The translations under genes and the position numbers were made by a program. A stretch of 51,022 nucleotides of DNA from an uncultured Muribaculaceae bacterium (GTDB lineage: Bacteria; Bacillota_I; Bacilli_A; RF39; UBA660), in NCBI GenBank assembly GCA_964454255.1, contig CAYVSY010000001.1:1-51022 (forward strand). Direction: 5' to 3'. The notes beneath the pieces are model-generated. The model made no database searches. It was given only the letters and a program-made list of their open reading frames with translations, and had not been told where the DNA came from. Each line of letters begins with the position of its first letter. The first letter of the stretch is position 1. This document shows, one piece after another, positions 27,113-37,474 of the stretch.

Positions 27113-27880
27113 TTAATTATTATATTTACCTAAAATAGTAGCCATATTAACATTTTTAGTCGAATTAAATATATTAATATCGGCATTTTCATTTTTTTCT
27201 AATAATTTATTTATTAATTCTTTTATTTTTTTTCTTGAACCAATATTTTTTTTAGTTAGGTTGCAAGCACAATCAATGAATTCTAAATTATTATTTTTAG
27301 TCCATTTAATTATGTCTTTTTCTTTAATAAAATATAACGGTCTAATCAATTTCATATTTTTAAAGTGATCACTATTTAAAATAGGTAGCATACTACTGAA
27401 ATGTCCATTGTATAGCATATTTAAAAGAACCGTTTCAATAACATCATTAAAATGATGGCCCAAAGCTATTTTATTACATCCTAATTCTTGAGCTTTTGAA
27501 TATAAACTTCCTCTTCGCATTCTAGCACATAAATAGCAAGGATTTCCATTATTATTTAGAGTAGATATTTTAAATATATCAGTTTTAAAAATAGTTATTT
27601 GAATATTTAATGTTTTAGCATTACTATTAATTTTTTTAATAATTTCTTTTTTATATCCTGGATCCATTACAATAAAAGAAAGGGAAAAATTAAATTTATT
27701 ATGTTTTAGTAATTCTTGCATACATTTTGCAAGTAAAAAACTATCTTTTCCACCACTAATGCATACTGCTATTTTATCGTTTTCTTCAATTAAGTTATAT
27801 TCTTTTATTGCTTTAATGAAGGGCGACCATATTTCTTTTCTATATTTTTTTATTATTGATCTTTGAATCGTGTCTACCAT
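27113..27880 (-). CDS. ttcA: TtcA-family PP-loop ATPase (tRNA 2-thiocytidine synthase-like)
   Basis: IAVCISGGKDSFLLA, CYLCARMRRG and ALGHHFNDVIETVLLNMLYNG. Confidence 0.8.
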   Translation of the reverse strand: MVDTIQRSIIKKYRKEIWSPFIKAIKEYNLIEENDKIAVCISGGKDSFLLAKCMQELLKHNKFNFSLSFIVMDPGYKKEIIKKINSNAKTLNIQITIFKTDIFKISTLNNNGNPCYLCARMRRGSLYSKAQELGCNKIALGHHFNDVIETVLLNMLYNGHFSSMLPILNSDHFKNMKLIRPLYFIKEKDIIKWTKNNNLEFIDCACNLTKKNIGSRKKIKELINKLLEKNENADINIFNSTKNVNMATILGKYNN

Positions 27881-29619
27881 TATTTATCAATTTTTATTCC
27901 TAATTCTTTTAATTGTTTATTATCTACTACATTTGGACATTCACTCATTAAACAAGAAGCAGAAGCAGTCTTTGGAAACGCAATAACATCTCTAATGTTT
28001 TCTGTATTGGTAAGTAACATAGTTAATCTATCTAATCCAAACGCAATACCACCATGCGGAGGTGTTCCGTATTTTAATGCATTAACAAAATATCCAAATT
28101 TTTCAGTTATTTGTTTTTCCGTTAATTCTAAAGCTTCAAACATTTTTTGTTGAATTTCTTGATTATGAATACGAATTGATCCTCCACCAGCTTCATAACC
28201 ATTAATTACTATATCATAAGCTTTTGAATAACAATTTTCTTTATCAGTTAGTAATCTGTCTACATCACTATCTTTTGGTGCCGTAAATGGATGATGACAA
28301 GCTACAAATCGATGTTCTTCTTCACTATATTCAAATGATGGAAAATCAACTACCCATAACATTTTATATTCGTTATTATTTATTAGATTTAATTCTTTAC
28401 CTAATTTACATCTTAATGCACCTAAAGATTGTTTTACTATATTATATTTACCGCCTAATATTAATACTAAATCATTATTAGAAATATTTAAATTATCTTT
28501 TAACTTAGATAATTCATTATCACTTATATTTTTAAAAATACTTCCACTAATTTCTTCATTAAATTTAATATATGTTAAATTAGAATTTGTATAAGTGTGA
28601 ATAAAATCATTTAATTTGTCTAATTCTTTTCTAGAATATTTATTTGCTTTATTTTTTATAATTAATGCATTAATTATTCCAGAATCATTAATTATTTCTT
28701 TAAACATGCTAAATTCTGTATTTTTAAATACATCTGTTATATCTTTTATCTTCATGTCAAATCTTAAATCCGGTTTATCAGAACCATAATCTTTAATTGC
28801 ATCAATATATTTCATCTTTTGTAGCGGTCTTTGTATATCAATATTTTTAATTTTTTTAAAGATGTAGGCAATCATTCCTTCGGCTATATCCATGACGTCA
28901 TTTTCTGAAACAAAACTCATTTCAACGTCAATTTGTGTAAATTCTGGTTGTCTATCTGCTCTTAAATCTTCATCTCTAAAACACTTGGCAATTTGAAAAT
29001 ATTTTTCTAATCCACCAATCATAAGAAGTTGTTTAAATAATTGAGGAGATTGTGGTAATGCATAAAATTTACCAAAATTAGCTCTACTAGGAACTAAATA
29101 GTCTCTTGCGCCTTCTGGAGTAGATTTACATAGAATTGGTGTTTCTATTTCTAAAAATCCATTAGAATTAAAATATTCTCTAGCAGCAAAAGTAATTTCA
29201 TGTCTTTTAATTAATTTTTCTTTTAAGTTGTTTTTTCTTAATTCTAAATATCTGTATTTTAATCTAGTATCTTCTAAAGCTGTTGTATTATTTAAATCAA
29301 AGGGTAAATCTATTGAAGTATTTAATATTTCTAATTCTTCAACATCTATTTCAATATCTCCAGTTGGAATATTTTTATTCTTATTATTTCTTTCAATTAT
29401 TGTTCCTTTAATTTTTAATACATATTCATTTTTAATACTTTCAGCTAATTTATAATTCTTATTTGATGGATTTAATATTAATTGAATTATTCCTGATCTA
29501 TCTCTTAAGTCTATAAATATTATTCCACCTAAATTTCTTGTTTTAGCTACCCAACCATATAATTCTACTGATTCGTTTATATTTTTAATATTTAAATCGT
29601 TATTATTGTATTTTTTCAT
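27880..29619 (-). CDS. aspS: aspartate--tRNA ligase
   Basis: GWV...RNLGGIIFIDLRDRSG, FRDEDLRADRQPEFTQID and GGGSIRIH...GTPPHGGIAFGLDR. Confidence 0.97.
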   Translation of the reverse strand: MKKYNNNDLNIKNINESVELYGWVAKTRNLGGIIFIDLRDRSGIIQLILNPSNKNYKLAESIKNEYVLKIKGTIIERNNKNKNIPTGDIEIDVEELEILNTSIDLPFDLNNTTALEDTRLKYRYLELRKNNLKEKLIKRHEITFAAREYFNSNGFLEIETPILCKSTPEGARDYLVPSRANFGKFYALPQSPQLFKQLLMIGGLEKYFQIAKCFRDEDLRADRQPEFTQIDVEMSFVSENDVMDIAEGMIAYIFKKIKNIDIQRPLQKMKYIDAIKDYGSDKPDLRFDMKIKDITDVFKNTEFSMFKEIINDSGIINALIIKNKANKYSRKELDKLNDFIHTYTNSNLTYIKFNEEISGSIFKNISDNELSKLKDNLNISNNDLVLILGGKYNIVKQSLGALRCKLGKELNLINNNEYKMLWVVDFPSFEYSEEEHRFVACHHPFTAPKDSDVDRLLTDKENCYSKAYDIVINGYEAGGGSIRIHNQEIQQKMFEALELTEKQITEKFGYFVNALKYGTPPHGGIAFGLDRLTMLLTNTENIRDVIAFPKTASASCLMSECPNVVDNKQLKELGIKIDK

Positions 29620-29623
29620 AATT

Positions 29624-30889
29624 TCATCTACTTTCTAAAAATTCTATTATTTCATCTAGTTTTATTTCTTTTTCTTCATTTAAATCAATATCTTTTATCT
29701 TAGCTATGTTACTATTTAATTCTGTATCACCTATAATAACTAAATATTTAGGATTAAGTCTATCAATTGATTTGAATTGGGCCTTTAAATTTCTTTCTAA
29801 CAAATCAGTTTCTACTTTAAATCCATTTAATCTAATTAAGGTTATTAAATTTAAACAATCACTTTTATCTTCACATAAATTAATAACATATAAATCAAGG
29901 CGATCATTTTTAGTTAAATCTATTTCTTCTTTATCAAGAGCTATCATTAATCTTTCAAGTCCCATTCCAAAACCAATAGCTGGTGTATTAGGGCCATTCA
30001 ACGATTCTATTAATCCGTTATATCTACCGCCACCACAAAGAGCAGTTTGCGAACCAAATCCTTCTATATCCGCTACTACTTCAAATACAGTATGATTATA
30101 ATAATCCAATCCTCTAACTAAATTAGTATCTATTTCATATTTTATTTCCAAATTATCTAAGCATTTTTTTAATTTTTCAAATCTTTCTAAACTTTCATTA
30201 TTTAAAAAGTTAATTGTTTTTGGAGCTTCTTTCATAAAATCTTTGTTAAAATCAATCTTACAATCTAAAATTCGTAACGGATTTTTTTCTAATCTGTTTT
30301 TACAATCTAAACATAATTCATTAACATAAGGTTTAAAATATTCAATTAATTTATTTTTATAGTTTAATCTGGATCCTGTGTCACCTAAGGTATTTATTTT
30401 TACTTTAATTCCTTTTAAACCAATTAATGTTAATAGATTAACAGCAATACTAATTACTTCAGCATCGGCTAAAACACTATCACTTCCAATTAATTCTATA
30501 CCAAATTGAGTATGTTCTCTTAATCTTCCAGCTTGTGGTCGTTCATATCTAAAATTTGGTGAAATATAGTAAAATTTTAGTGGTTGATTAGGTTCATTAT
30601 TTAATTTATTTTCTATATAACATCTAGCAACTCCAGCTGTTCCTTCTGGTCGTAAAGTAATATTTCTGTTTCCTCTATCAACAAAATCATATGTTTCTTT
30701 AGTAACAATATCAGTTGTATCGCCTACACCTCTATGATAAAGTTCACTGTTTTCAAACATTGGTGTTTTAATATATTGATAATTATAATTTTGCATTAAT
30801 TCATATATAATTGTTTTTAAATATATATATGTTTTACCTTGTTTTCCATACAAATCTAATGTTCCTTTTGGTTTTTGAATTATTTCCAT
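29624..30889 (-). CDS. hisS: histidine--tRNA ligase
   Basis: PKGTLD, LRPEGTAGVAR, FRYERPQAGRLREHTQFG and GGGRYNGL. Confidence 0.97.
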   Translation of the reverse strand: MEIIQKPKGTLDLYGKQGKTYIYLKTIIYELMQNYNYQYIKTPMFENSELYHRGVGDTTDIVTKETYDFVDRGNRNITLRPEGTAGVARCYIENKLNNEPNQPLKFYYISPNFRYERPQAGRLREHTQFGIELIGSDSVLADAEVISIAVNLLTLIGLKGIKVKINTLGDTGSRLNYKNKLIEYFKPYVNELCLDCKNRLEKNPLRILDCKIDFNKDFMKEAPKTINFLNNESLERFEKLKKCLDNLEIKYEIDTNLVRGLDYYNHTVFEVVADIEGFGSQTALCGGGRYNGLIESLNGPNTPAIGFGMGLERLMIALDKEEIDLTKNDRLDLYVINLCEDKSDCLNLITLIRLNGFKVETDLLERNLKAQFKSIDRLNPKYLVIIGDTELNSNIAKIKDIDLNEEKEIKLDEIIEFLESR

Positions 30890-30903
30890 TTTTTCCTCCT
30901 ATT

Positions 30904-31043
30904 AAAATAAAACACCTTAAATATCATAAGGGCGATAATTATCGCGGTGCCACCTTATTTCACTTAACGTGCTCTTTATTCTGTAACGTAGAAATACGTT
31001 TTCTTAAAATAATTTTATGTGTCACTTCATAAATAAGAAATCT
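30904..31043 (-). promoter_or_regulatory. T-box leader (His specifier CAC) for hisS-aspS
   Basis: The minus strand has AAATAAGGTGGCACCGCGATAA (T-box), followed by a hairpin and TTTTATTTT. GAAGTGACACATAA is the candidate specifier loop. Confidence 0.85.
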
Positions 31044-31049
31044 AATATT

Positions 31050-31078
31050 ATTTTACAATTTTTTAATAATATTATCAA
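31050..31078 (-). promoter_or_regulatory. sigma-A promoter TTGATA-17-TAAAAT for the hisS leader
   Basis: Minus strand: -35 at 31073-31078 and -10 at 31050-31055. Confidence 0.55.
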
Positions 31079-31100
31079 TAGTTTTTGCCACTTTTTTTAT

Positions 31101-32153
31101 TTATTTATTATTTTTAATGTTATAAATTTTTTTATCTATGTCATTTTTAAAATACTTATATGTTGTAATAACAATAATAGCAACTGGTAAAGCAATTAAT
31201 ATTCCCCAAAAGCCCAATAATATGCCACCTGCAAAGACAGCAAATATGTTAATAATTGGATGAATATTGTTAGTTTTACCATATATTTTTGGAGCTATTA
31301 TATAGGTGTCTAATTGTGGACATATTAAACAAACTATTAGTGTTAAAATAGTTAATTCTCTACTAATAACTGACGAAATAATTAAAGCTAATATATTTAC
31401 AATAAACCCTCCAAAGTAAGGAATAATATTAGATACTGATGCTAGAATACCTAATATTAGAAAATTAGGATGTCCAATTATACAAAAAATAGTTGTATAT
31501 TCTATAAATTGAATTAGCATATTTTTAAAAAAACCTATAAAATAATTACTAACTTCATAATCCAATTTTTTTATATAATTATATAATTTTTTCTTTTTAA
31601 TATGTTTTTTTATATTTGATCTAATTTCTTCCATATCGATTAATAAATATATTGATACAAATATTATTACTACTAATGTAGCAATAACACTAAATGAGGC
31701 AGTTATTATAGTGATTGCACCAGATGATATATATTTTCCTAAATTTCTTATTATATCAGATGATATATTTGCTATTGTTTCTTGAATAACCTTGAGATTT
31801 ACTTCATATTTTAATCCGATATCTGAAATAAAAGTTGAGATACTTGATAAGAATAACAACCCTTGTTCATATATTAATGGTCCTACTACGATAAGTAATA
31901 CAATAATTAATCCAATTGAACATAATATAACAATTAATGTTGATAACCATGATGGCATTCCTTTATCTTCTAATTTTTTTTTATATGGATATAAAGCGTA
32001 TGCTATCGCGAAAGCTACTATAAATGGCCAAATAATGGTAAGTATCTTTTTAACTATTTCTACCCATACATCTTTTATTAAAAATAACAAACATACAATC
32101 GATATTATTAATAAAATATTTAGTAATTTATAATTTACTTTATCTTTTTTCAA
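31101..32153 (-). CDS. AI-2E family transporter (UPF0118/YtvI-like permease)
   Basis: 350 aa, about 8 TM segments. Typical family architecture, including the ...IPYFGGFI... segment. Confidence 0.8.
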   Translation of the reverse strand: MKKDKVNYKLLNILLIISIVCLLFLIKDVWVEIVKKILTIIWPFIVAFAIAYALYPYKKKLEDKGMPSWLSTLIVILCSIGLIIVLLIVVGPLIYEQGLLFLSSISTFISDIGLKYEVNLKVIQETIANISSDIIRNLGKYISSGAITIITASFSVIATLVVIIFVSIYLLIDMEEIRSNIKKHIKKKKLYNYIKKLDYEVSNYFIGFFKNMLIQFIEYTTIFCIIGHPNFLILGILASVSNIIPYFGGFIVNILALIISSVISRELTILTLIVCLICPQLDTYIIAPKIYGKTNNIHPIINIFAVFAGGILLGFWGILIALPVAIIVITTYKYFKNDIDKKIYNIKNNK

Positions 32154-32158
32154 TTAAA

Positions 32159-32596
32159 TCACCTTTCCATTAAAATTGTAACTGGTCCATTATTTTCAAT
32201 ATTAACTGTCATGTCAGCACCAAATATTCCTGTTTCTACTTTAATGTTTTCTTTTTTTAATTCTTCATTAAAAACTTCATATAATTTAATTGCTTCTACA
32301 CCATTTAAAGCATTTATATAACTGGGTCTATTTCCTTTTGATGTATCACAATATAAAGTAAATTGTGATATTGAAAGTATAGCTCCATTTATATCTTTTA
32401 TTGATAGATTCATTATTCCATTAGAATCATCAAATATTCTTAAATTAATTACTTTATTAACTAAATATTTGATTGTTTCTATATTATCAGTTTTGGTAAT
32501 ACCAACTAATATTACCATTCCTAAATCAATACTTCCGACTGTTTTTTTATCTACAATGACGCTCGATTTATTTACTCTTTGAATAACTAATTTCAT
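32159..32596 (-). CDS. dtd: D-aminoacyl-tRNA deacylase
   Basis: MKLVIQRV, SQFTLY, GNRPS and NNGPVT. Confidence 0.95.
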   Translation of the reverse strand: MKLVIQRVNKSSVIVDKKTVGSIDLGMVILVGITKTDNIETIKYLVNKVINLRIFDDSNGIMNLSIKDINGAILSISQFTLYCDTSKGNRPSYINALNGVEAIKLYEVFNEELKKENIKVETGIFGADMTVNIENNGPVTILMER

Positions 32597-34767
32597 TAAT
32601 TCATCATCCTTTCAACTTTATATATATATGGAATATTAGTTATATCAGTTAAAAACTTTTCTAGTTTTTCTAGTTTTTCTACTTGAATAGTTAAACTATA
32701 AACCTTGTATTCACTACTATTTAACGTTGAAATACTATATACAACAATGTTACTTGCAGATGCTTTTGTGAGAATATCTATTAAATTATCCATGTTATTA
32801 TTGGCATATATAATGATATCTGTTTGATATTTTTTTTCAATATTATCATTCCATCTAACATTTATTAACCGTTCATCAATATCAATGATATTTTTACAAT
32901 TTACTCTATGAATAGTTATACCATTTCCTTTTGTAATATATCCTATTATACTATCACCCGGAACAGGTTTACAACATGCTGAAACGGTTACTTTTATTTC
33001 ACCTATTCCTTCAACTAAAACATCATTTTTAACGACATTATTTTTATTATCATTTTTTATATTTTTCTTTTCTAATGATTCTTCAATAGAAATTTCCGGT
33101 TTATATAACATTTTTAAAATGGAATTAGGTGTATATTTATTTGTTGCAATACCAATATATAATTCATTAATATTTTTTATTTTTAAATTGTCTAATAATA
33201 TATCAATATTCTTTTGACTTAATGTTTCATAAATGGAATAATCATTTTTTCTGATTTCTTTTTCTAATATTTCTAATCCTTTTTCTTGAAAATCATCTTT
33301 TTCTAGTTTACTGTGAAAACTCTTTATTCTATTTCTTGCTTGGGCAGTAGTGACAATATTTAACCAATCTTTATTTGGTCCTTTTGAATTTTTACTGGTA
33401 TTTATTTTTACAATATCACCAGTTTTTAATTTGTAATCTAATGAAACTATATTGTCGTTTACGATTGCACCAATCATTTTATCGCCCACCTCGCTATGAA
33501 CTTTATATGCAAAATCTATTGGGGTAGAATTATCTGGTAATTCTAATACATCACCTTTTGGTGTATAAACATATATACTTTCGTTTGGAAGTATATCATG
33601 ACGAATATCATTAATAAATTCTTCATTAGTGGATGCATCTTCATTTAATTCAATTATGCTTCTAAATATTTGAAGTTTTTGTTCTATTGCATCTTTAACA
33701 GCTTTAGTTCCGTCACTATGTTCTTTATAAGACCAATGTGATGCAATTCCATATTCAGCTATTTCATTCATATCATATGTTCTAATTTGAATTTCATATA
33801 ATTGTCCATTTAAACCAAAAACAGTTGTATGTAGTGATTGATATAAATTAGTTTTTGGCATCGCAATATAGTCTTTAAATCGCTTTGGAACGGGTTTATA
33901 TTTTGAATGTATTAAACCTAACGCAAGATAACATTCTTCTTCAGTATTTACTAAAATACGTAGAGCTAATAAATCATAAATGTCATTGAAGTTTCTACCT
34001 TTAGCAAGTTTTGAATAAATGCTATATATATTTTTAGAACGACCTTTTATTTCATGCTTAATATTATGTTCTAATAGTAAACTTGATACTTCTAATTGCA
34101 TTTTATTTACGGCATCGTCTCGTTCAACTTTTTTTAAATTTAATTTTTCAACGACATCAAAATATGCTTCGGGTTTTAAATAACGAAGAGACAAATCTTC
34201 TAATTCGCTTTTTAATTTGTATATACCTAGTCGATGAGCTACAGGTGTTAATATTTCTAATGTTTCTCTAGCTTTTCTTTTTTGTTTTTCTTCTGGTAAA
34301 ACATATAATGTTCTCATATTATGAAGCCTATCAGCCAATTTTATTAAGATAACACGAACATCTTCAGATAAACCAACTAAAATTTTTCTTTGATTAGCGG
34401 CCATTTGTTCATTAACATTATTAAATTTTATTTTATTTATTTTAGTAACACCATCAACTAACAATGAAACTTCTGCCCCAAATAATTTTTCAATTTCTTC
34501 AATTGAACTATCTGAATCTTCAACGGTATCATGCAATAATGCAGCAATCAATGTTTTTGAATCGGCATTAGTATCTGTTAAAATATATGCAACGTTTAAT
34601 GGATGAGTAATATATTCATCCCCAGTTATTCTAAATTGACCGAAATGTTTTTCAGCAGCATAATTATATGCTCTTTTTATTTCTTTTAGTTCTTCTTTAT
34701 TATTGTTATATTTTTTAATGTTTTTTAACAAGTCATCAATAGTTATAATAGCAATTTTACTATTCAT
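32596..34767 (-). CDS. relA: bifunctional (p)ppGpp synthetase/hydrolase (Rel)
   Basis: HD domain HPLNVA...LLHDTVEDS; synthetase domain YQSLHTTV...EIQIRT; TGS and ACT domains. Confidence 0.96.
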   Translation of the reverse strand: MNSKIAIITIDDLLKNIKKYNNNKEELKEIKRAYNYAAEKHFGQFRITGDEYITHPLNVAYILTDTNADSKTLIAALLHDTVEDSDSSIEEIEKLFGAEVSLLVDGVTKINKIKFNNVNEQMAANQRKILVGLSEDVRVILIKLADRLHNMRTLYVLPEEKQKRKARETLEILTPVAHRLGIYKLKSELEDLSLRYLKPEAYFDVVEKLNLKKVERDDAVNKMQLEVSSLLLEHNIKHEIKGRSKNIYSIYSKLAKGRNFNDIYDLLALRILVNTEEECYLALGLIHSKYKPVPKRFKDYIAMPKTNLYQSLHTTVFGLNGQLYEIQIRTYDMNEIAEYGIASHWSYKEHSDGTKAVKDAIEQKLQIFRSIIELNEDASTNEEFINDIRHDILPNESIYVYTPKGDVLELPDNSTPIDFAYKVHSEVGDKMIGAIVNDNIVSLDYKLKTGDIVKINTSKNSKGPNKDWLNIVTTAQARNRIKSFHSKLEKDDFQEKGLEILEKEIRKNDYSIYETLSQKNIDILLDNLKIKNINELYIGIATNKYTPNSILKMLYKPEISIEESLEKKNIKNDNKNNVVKNDVLVEGIGEIKVTVSACCKPVPGDSIIGYITKGNGITIHRVNCKNIIDIDERLINVRWNDNIEKKYQTDIIIYANNNMDNLIDILTKASASNIVVYSISTLNSSEYKVYSLTIQVEKLEKLEKFLTDITNIPYIYKVERMMN

Positions 34768-34784
34768 AATGGTTCACTTCCCTT

Positions 34785-37100
34785 TTATGAGTTTATTCCT
34801 TTTATACTAAATTCTTCTGGGCCATCATTATATTTTGTTTCTTTTTTTGGTTTATTAATTTTTTTTAATTCAAATATTAACCATAATTGATTGGAAACAT
34901 ATATAGATGAATATACACCTGCAATAAAACCTATTAATAATGCAAAATTAAAATTTATTATTTCAAATGCTCCAAAAATCATTAAGCATATAACTGGAAT
35001 AATGGTTGTTAGAGTAGTTAATATGGAACGATATATTGTTTCACGAATACTTTCGTTTACAATTTTTTCTAATTGATCAAAAGTTACAATTTGTTTCAAT
35101 TTATTATAATTTTCTCTAATTCTATCAAATGTAACAATTGTATCATTTATTGAATAACCAATTATAGTAAGTAAAGCAGCTATAAAAGTTGTTTCTACTT
35201 GGATTTTTAAAATAGCAAATATGCTTATGGTAATTAAAATATCATGAAGTAGAGCTGCAATACCACTTATTGCATAATTAAATTTAAAACGAATACTTAC
35301 ATAAATAATTATACCAATAAATGATAATAATACGGATGTTATAGCATTTTTAGCTAATTCTTTTTTTACTGTTTGACTTACAACATATATTTCAGTATGA
35401 GCATTATATTCCGTATTAATATGATTGGTTATTTCATTAATTTTTTCTTTATTTAATTGTTCAGTTACTATGATACTTAATGTTTTATCGTTTTCTTCAA
35501 TTTTATTTATGATTAAGTTTTCATTAGTAATATATTCTATTGCTTTTTCATTAGTTATATTTTCGTTAAGGTTAATAGTAATATCAGATCCACCTGAAAA
35601 ATCTACACCCAAATTCATACCATTTTTAAATATGAAGATAAACCCAATTATTAATATTATTATTGTTCCAATAAAGAAAATCTTTCTATTTTTAACAAAT
35701 TCTAATTTTTTAAAACGTTCTTTATCGTGAACACTATTTTTTTTATATCCTATAAATAATCTTAATTTATTTTCAAACATTTTATTATTAGCAAATATTT
35801 TTAATATCAATCTAACTAGTATAATCATTACAAAAACTGTTACAATAATACTAATTATTAACATAGTAGCAAATCCTTTTATACTGCTTTCTCCAAAAAT
35901 AAATAATATTATAGCAACTATGATAGTTGTGATATTAGCATCAATTATACTCCTTAATGATTCACTATTTCCTATTTTAAAAGCATTATTTAATTGCTTT
36001 TTATTTCGTAATTCTTCTTTTATTCTTTCAAAGCTAATAACGATAGCATCAACCGACATTCCAACACCAAGTAACATTGCGGCAATTCCTGGTAATGTTA
36101 ATACACCATTTATTAAATAAAAGAGTCCAAAAGTTAAAACTGTGTATAAAATAATTCCTATTGATGCAATTAGTCCACTAAAATGATATATAATTGTCAT
36201 TAATATAATCACTAGTATAATACCTAATATTCCAGCAAATACTGTTTTACTTAAGGAATTTTCTCCAAATGATGCTTGAACTGTTCGAGAAGATAATTCT
36301 TCCAATTTAGAAGGCATTGAACCAGAATTTATTAAATCAACTAAATTTTTTGCTTGTTCATCGGTAAAATTACCTTGAATAATTACATCAGATGAAAAGG
36401 CTTGACTAACATGAGCAGCTGATAGACAATTAGATTCATTTAAATTTCCACATTTATTTCCATTAATATGATAACTATCTTTTTTGGCATCATAATCTAA
36501 CCATATAACTATTATGTTTTCGTCCATATCTTTTACTTTATTAGTAACATTATAAAACGTTTCTACGTCTTTGATAGGTAACGCAATTGCGGGTTTTAAA
36601 TTATTATCAGTTGTTTTTTTTACACTTCCTCCTAATACATCAGATGTCATTAATAATTTATCATAAGCATCACGAAAAGTTATAGATGCAGTAGTTGATA
36701 ATATTTGTCGAGCTTCATCTTGATTTTTAATACCAGCTAAACGAACACGAATTCTATTTTCACCTTCAATTGTTATTTCTGGTTCTGATACGCCTAATAC
36801 ATCTATTCTATTTAACAATGTTTTATATGTTCGATATACCATATCACTATTTACTTTTTCATTTTCGTTTAGTGATTCTACTTGATATAACACTTCAAAA
36901 CCACCTTTTAAATCCAAACCAAAATTAACACTATTAAATAATGGTCTAATTACAGACAATGATAAACTAACAATAAAAATGCATAATATTATTCCAAATA
37001 TATTTTTTGTTTTTTCTTTTTTCTTTTTAATTATAATAATTATACTTAATATAATCATTATTGCTGAGATAATGCTAATTATTTTTTCTAAATTATTCAT
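34785..37100 (-). CDS. secDF: protein translocase subunit SecDF (fused)
   Basis: 771 aa with 12 TM segments. Has both SecD (LGLDLKGG) and SecF (GVDFSGG) signatures. Confidence 0.95.
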   Translation of the reverse strand: MNNLEKIISIISAIMIILSIIIIIKKKKEKTKNIFGIILCIFIVSLSLSVIRPLFNSVNFGLDLKGGFEVLYQVESLNENEKVNSDMVYRTYKTLLNRIDVLGVSEPEITIEGENRIRVRLAGIKNQDEARQILSTTASITFRDAYDKLLMTSDVLGGSVKKTTDNNLKPAIALPIKDVETFYNVTNKVKDMDENIIVIWLDYDAKKDSYHINGNKCGNLNESNCLSAAHVSQAFSSDVIIQGNFTDEQAKNLVDLINSGSMPSKLEELSSRTVQASFGENSLSKTVFAGILGIILVIILMTIIYHFSGLIASIGIILYTVLTFGLFYLINGVLTLPGIAAMLLGVGMSVDAIVISFERIKEELRNKKQLNNAFKIGNSESLRSIIDANITTIIVAIILFIFGESSIKGFATMLIISIIVTVFVMIILVRLILKIFANNKMFENKLRLFIGYKKNSVHDKERFKKLEFVKNRKIFFIGTIIILIIGFIFIFKNGMNLGVDFSGGSDITINLNENITNEKAIEYITNENLIINKIEENDKTLSIIVTEQLNKEKINEITNHINTEYNAHTEIYVVSQTVKKELAKNAITSVLLSFIGIIIYVSIRFKFNYAISGIAALLHDILITISIFAILKIQVETTFIAALLTIIGYSINDTIVTFDRIRENYNKLKQIVTFDQLEKIVNESIRETIYRSILTTLTTIIPVICLMIFGAFEIINFNFALLIGFIAGVYSSIYVSNQLWLIFELKKINKPKKETKYNDGPEEFSIKGINS

Positions 37101-37105
37101 TTTAC

Positions 37106-37369
37106 TTACCTATTAAAATATTCCCTTTCTTTTTCTAGTTTTCCTTTTAAGTAATGGTCTAAAGTAATATTATTACAATGAATAATATCATTTACCATTT
37201 CGGCTATAGATAAATTATTAGTATTAATCCATTTACTATCTTTTAGATAATTCCATATATCTTCTATTTTTATATAATAAAAATGATTATTTTTTAATAA
37301 TCTGATTTTAACTAAAAAAGCTGGTCTTAATGTTTTATATAATTTTTCTATAGAATAAATTTCTTCCAT
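37106..37369 (-). CDS. post-transcriptional regulator, ComN/YrzD-like
   Basis: IKIEDIWNYLKDSKWINTNNLSIAEMVNDII matches the family core. Its position immediately upstream of secDF matches B. subtilis. Confidence 0.6.
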   Translation of the reverse strand: MEEIYSIEKLYKTLRPAFLVKIRLLKNNHFYYIKIEDIWNYLKDSKWINTNNLSIAEMVNDIIHCNNITLDHYLKGKLEKEREYFNR

Positions 37370-37474
37370 AATCCCACCTAAATTCTATATAAAATATTAT
37401 ATAACAATTAATGATAAAAATCTAGTAATATATATAATTTATTTTATTTTTCATATATTTAATTAGGTGAAAAA

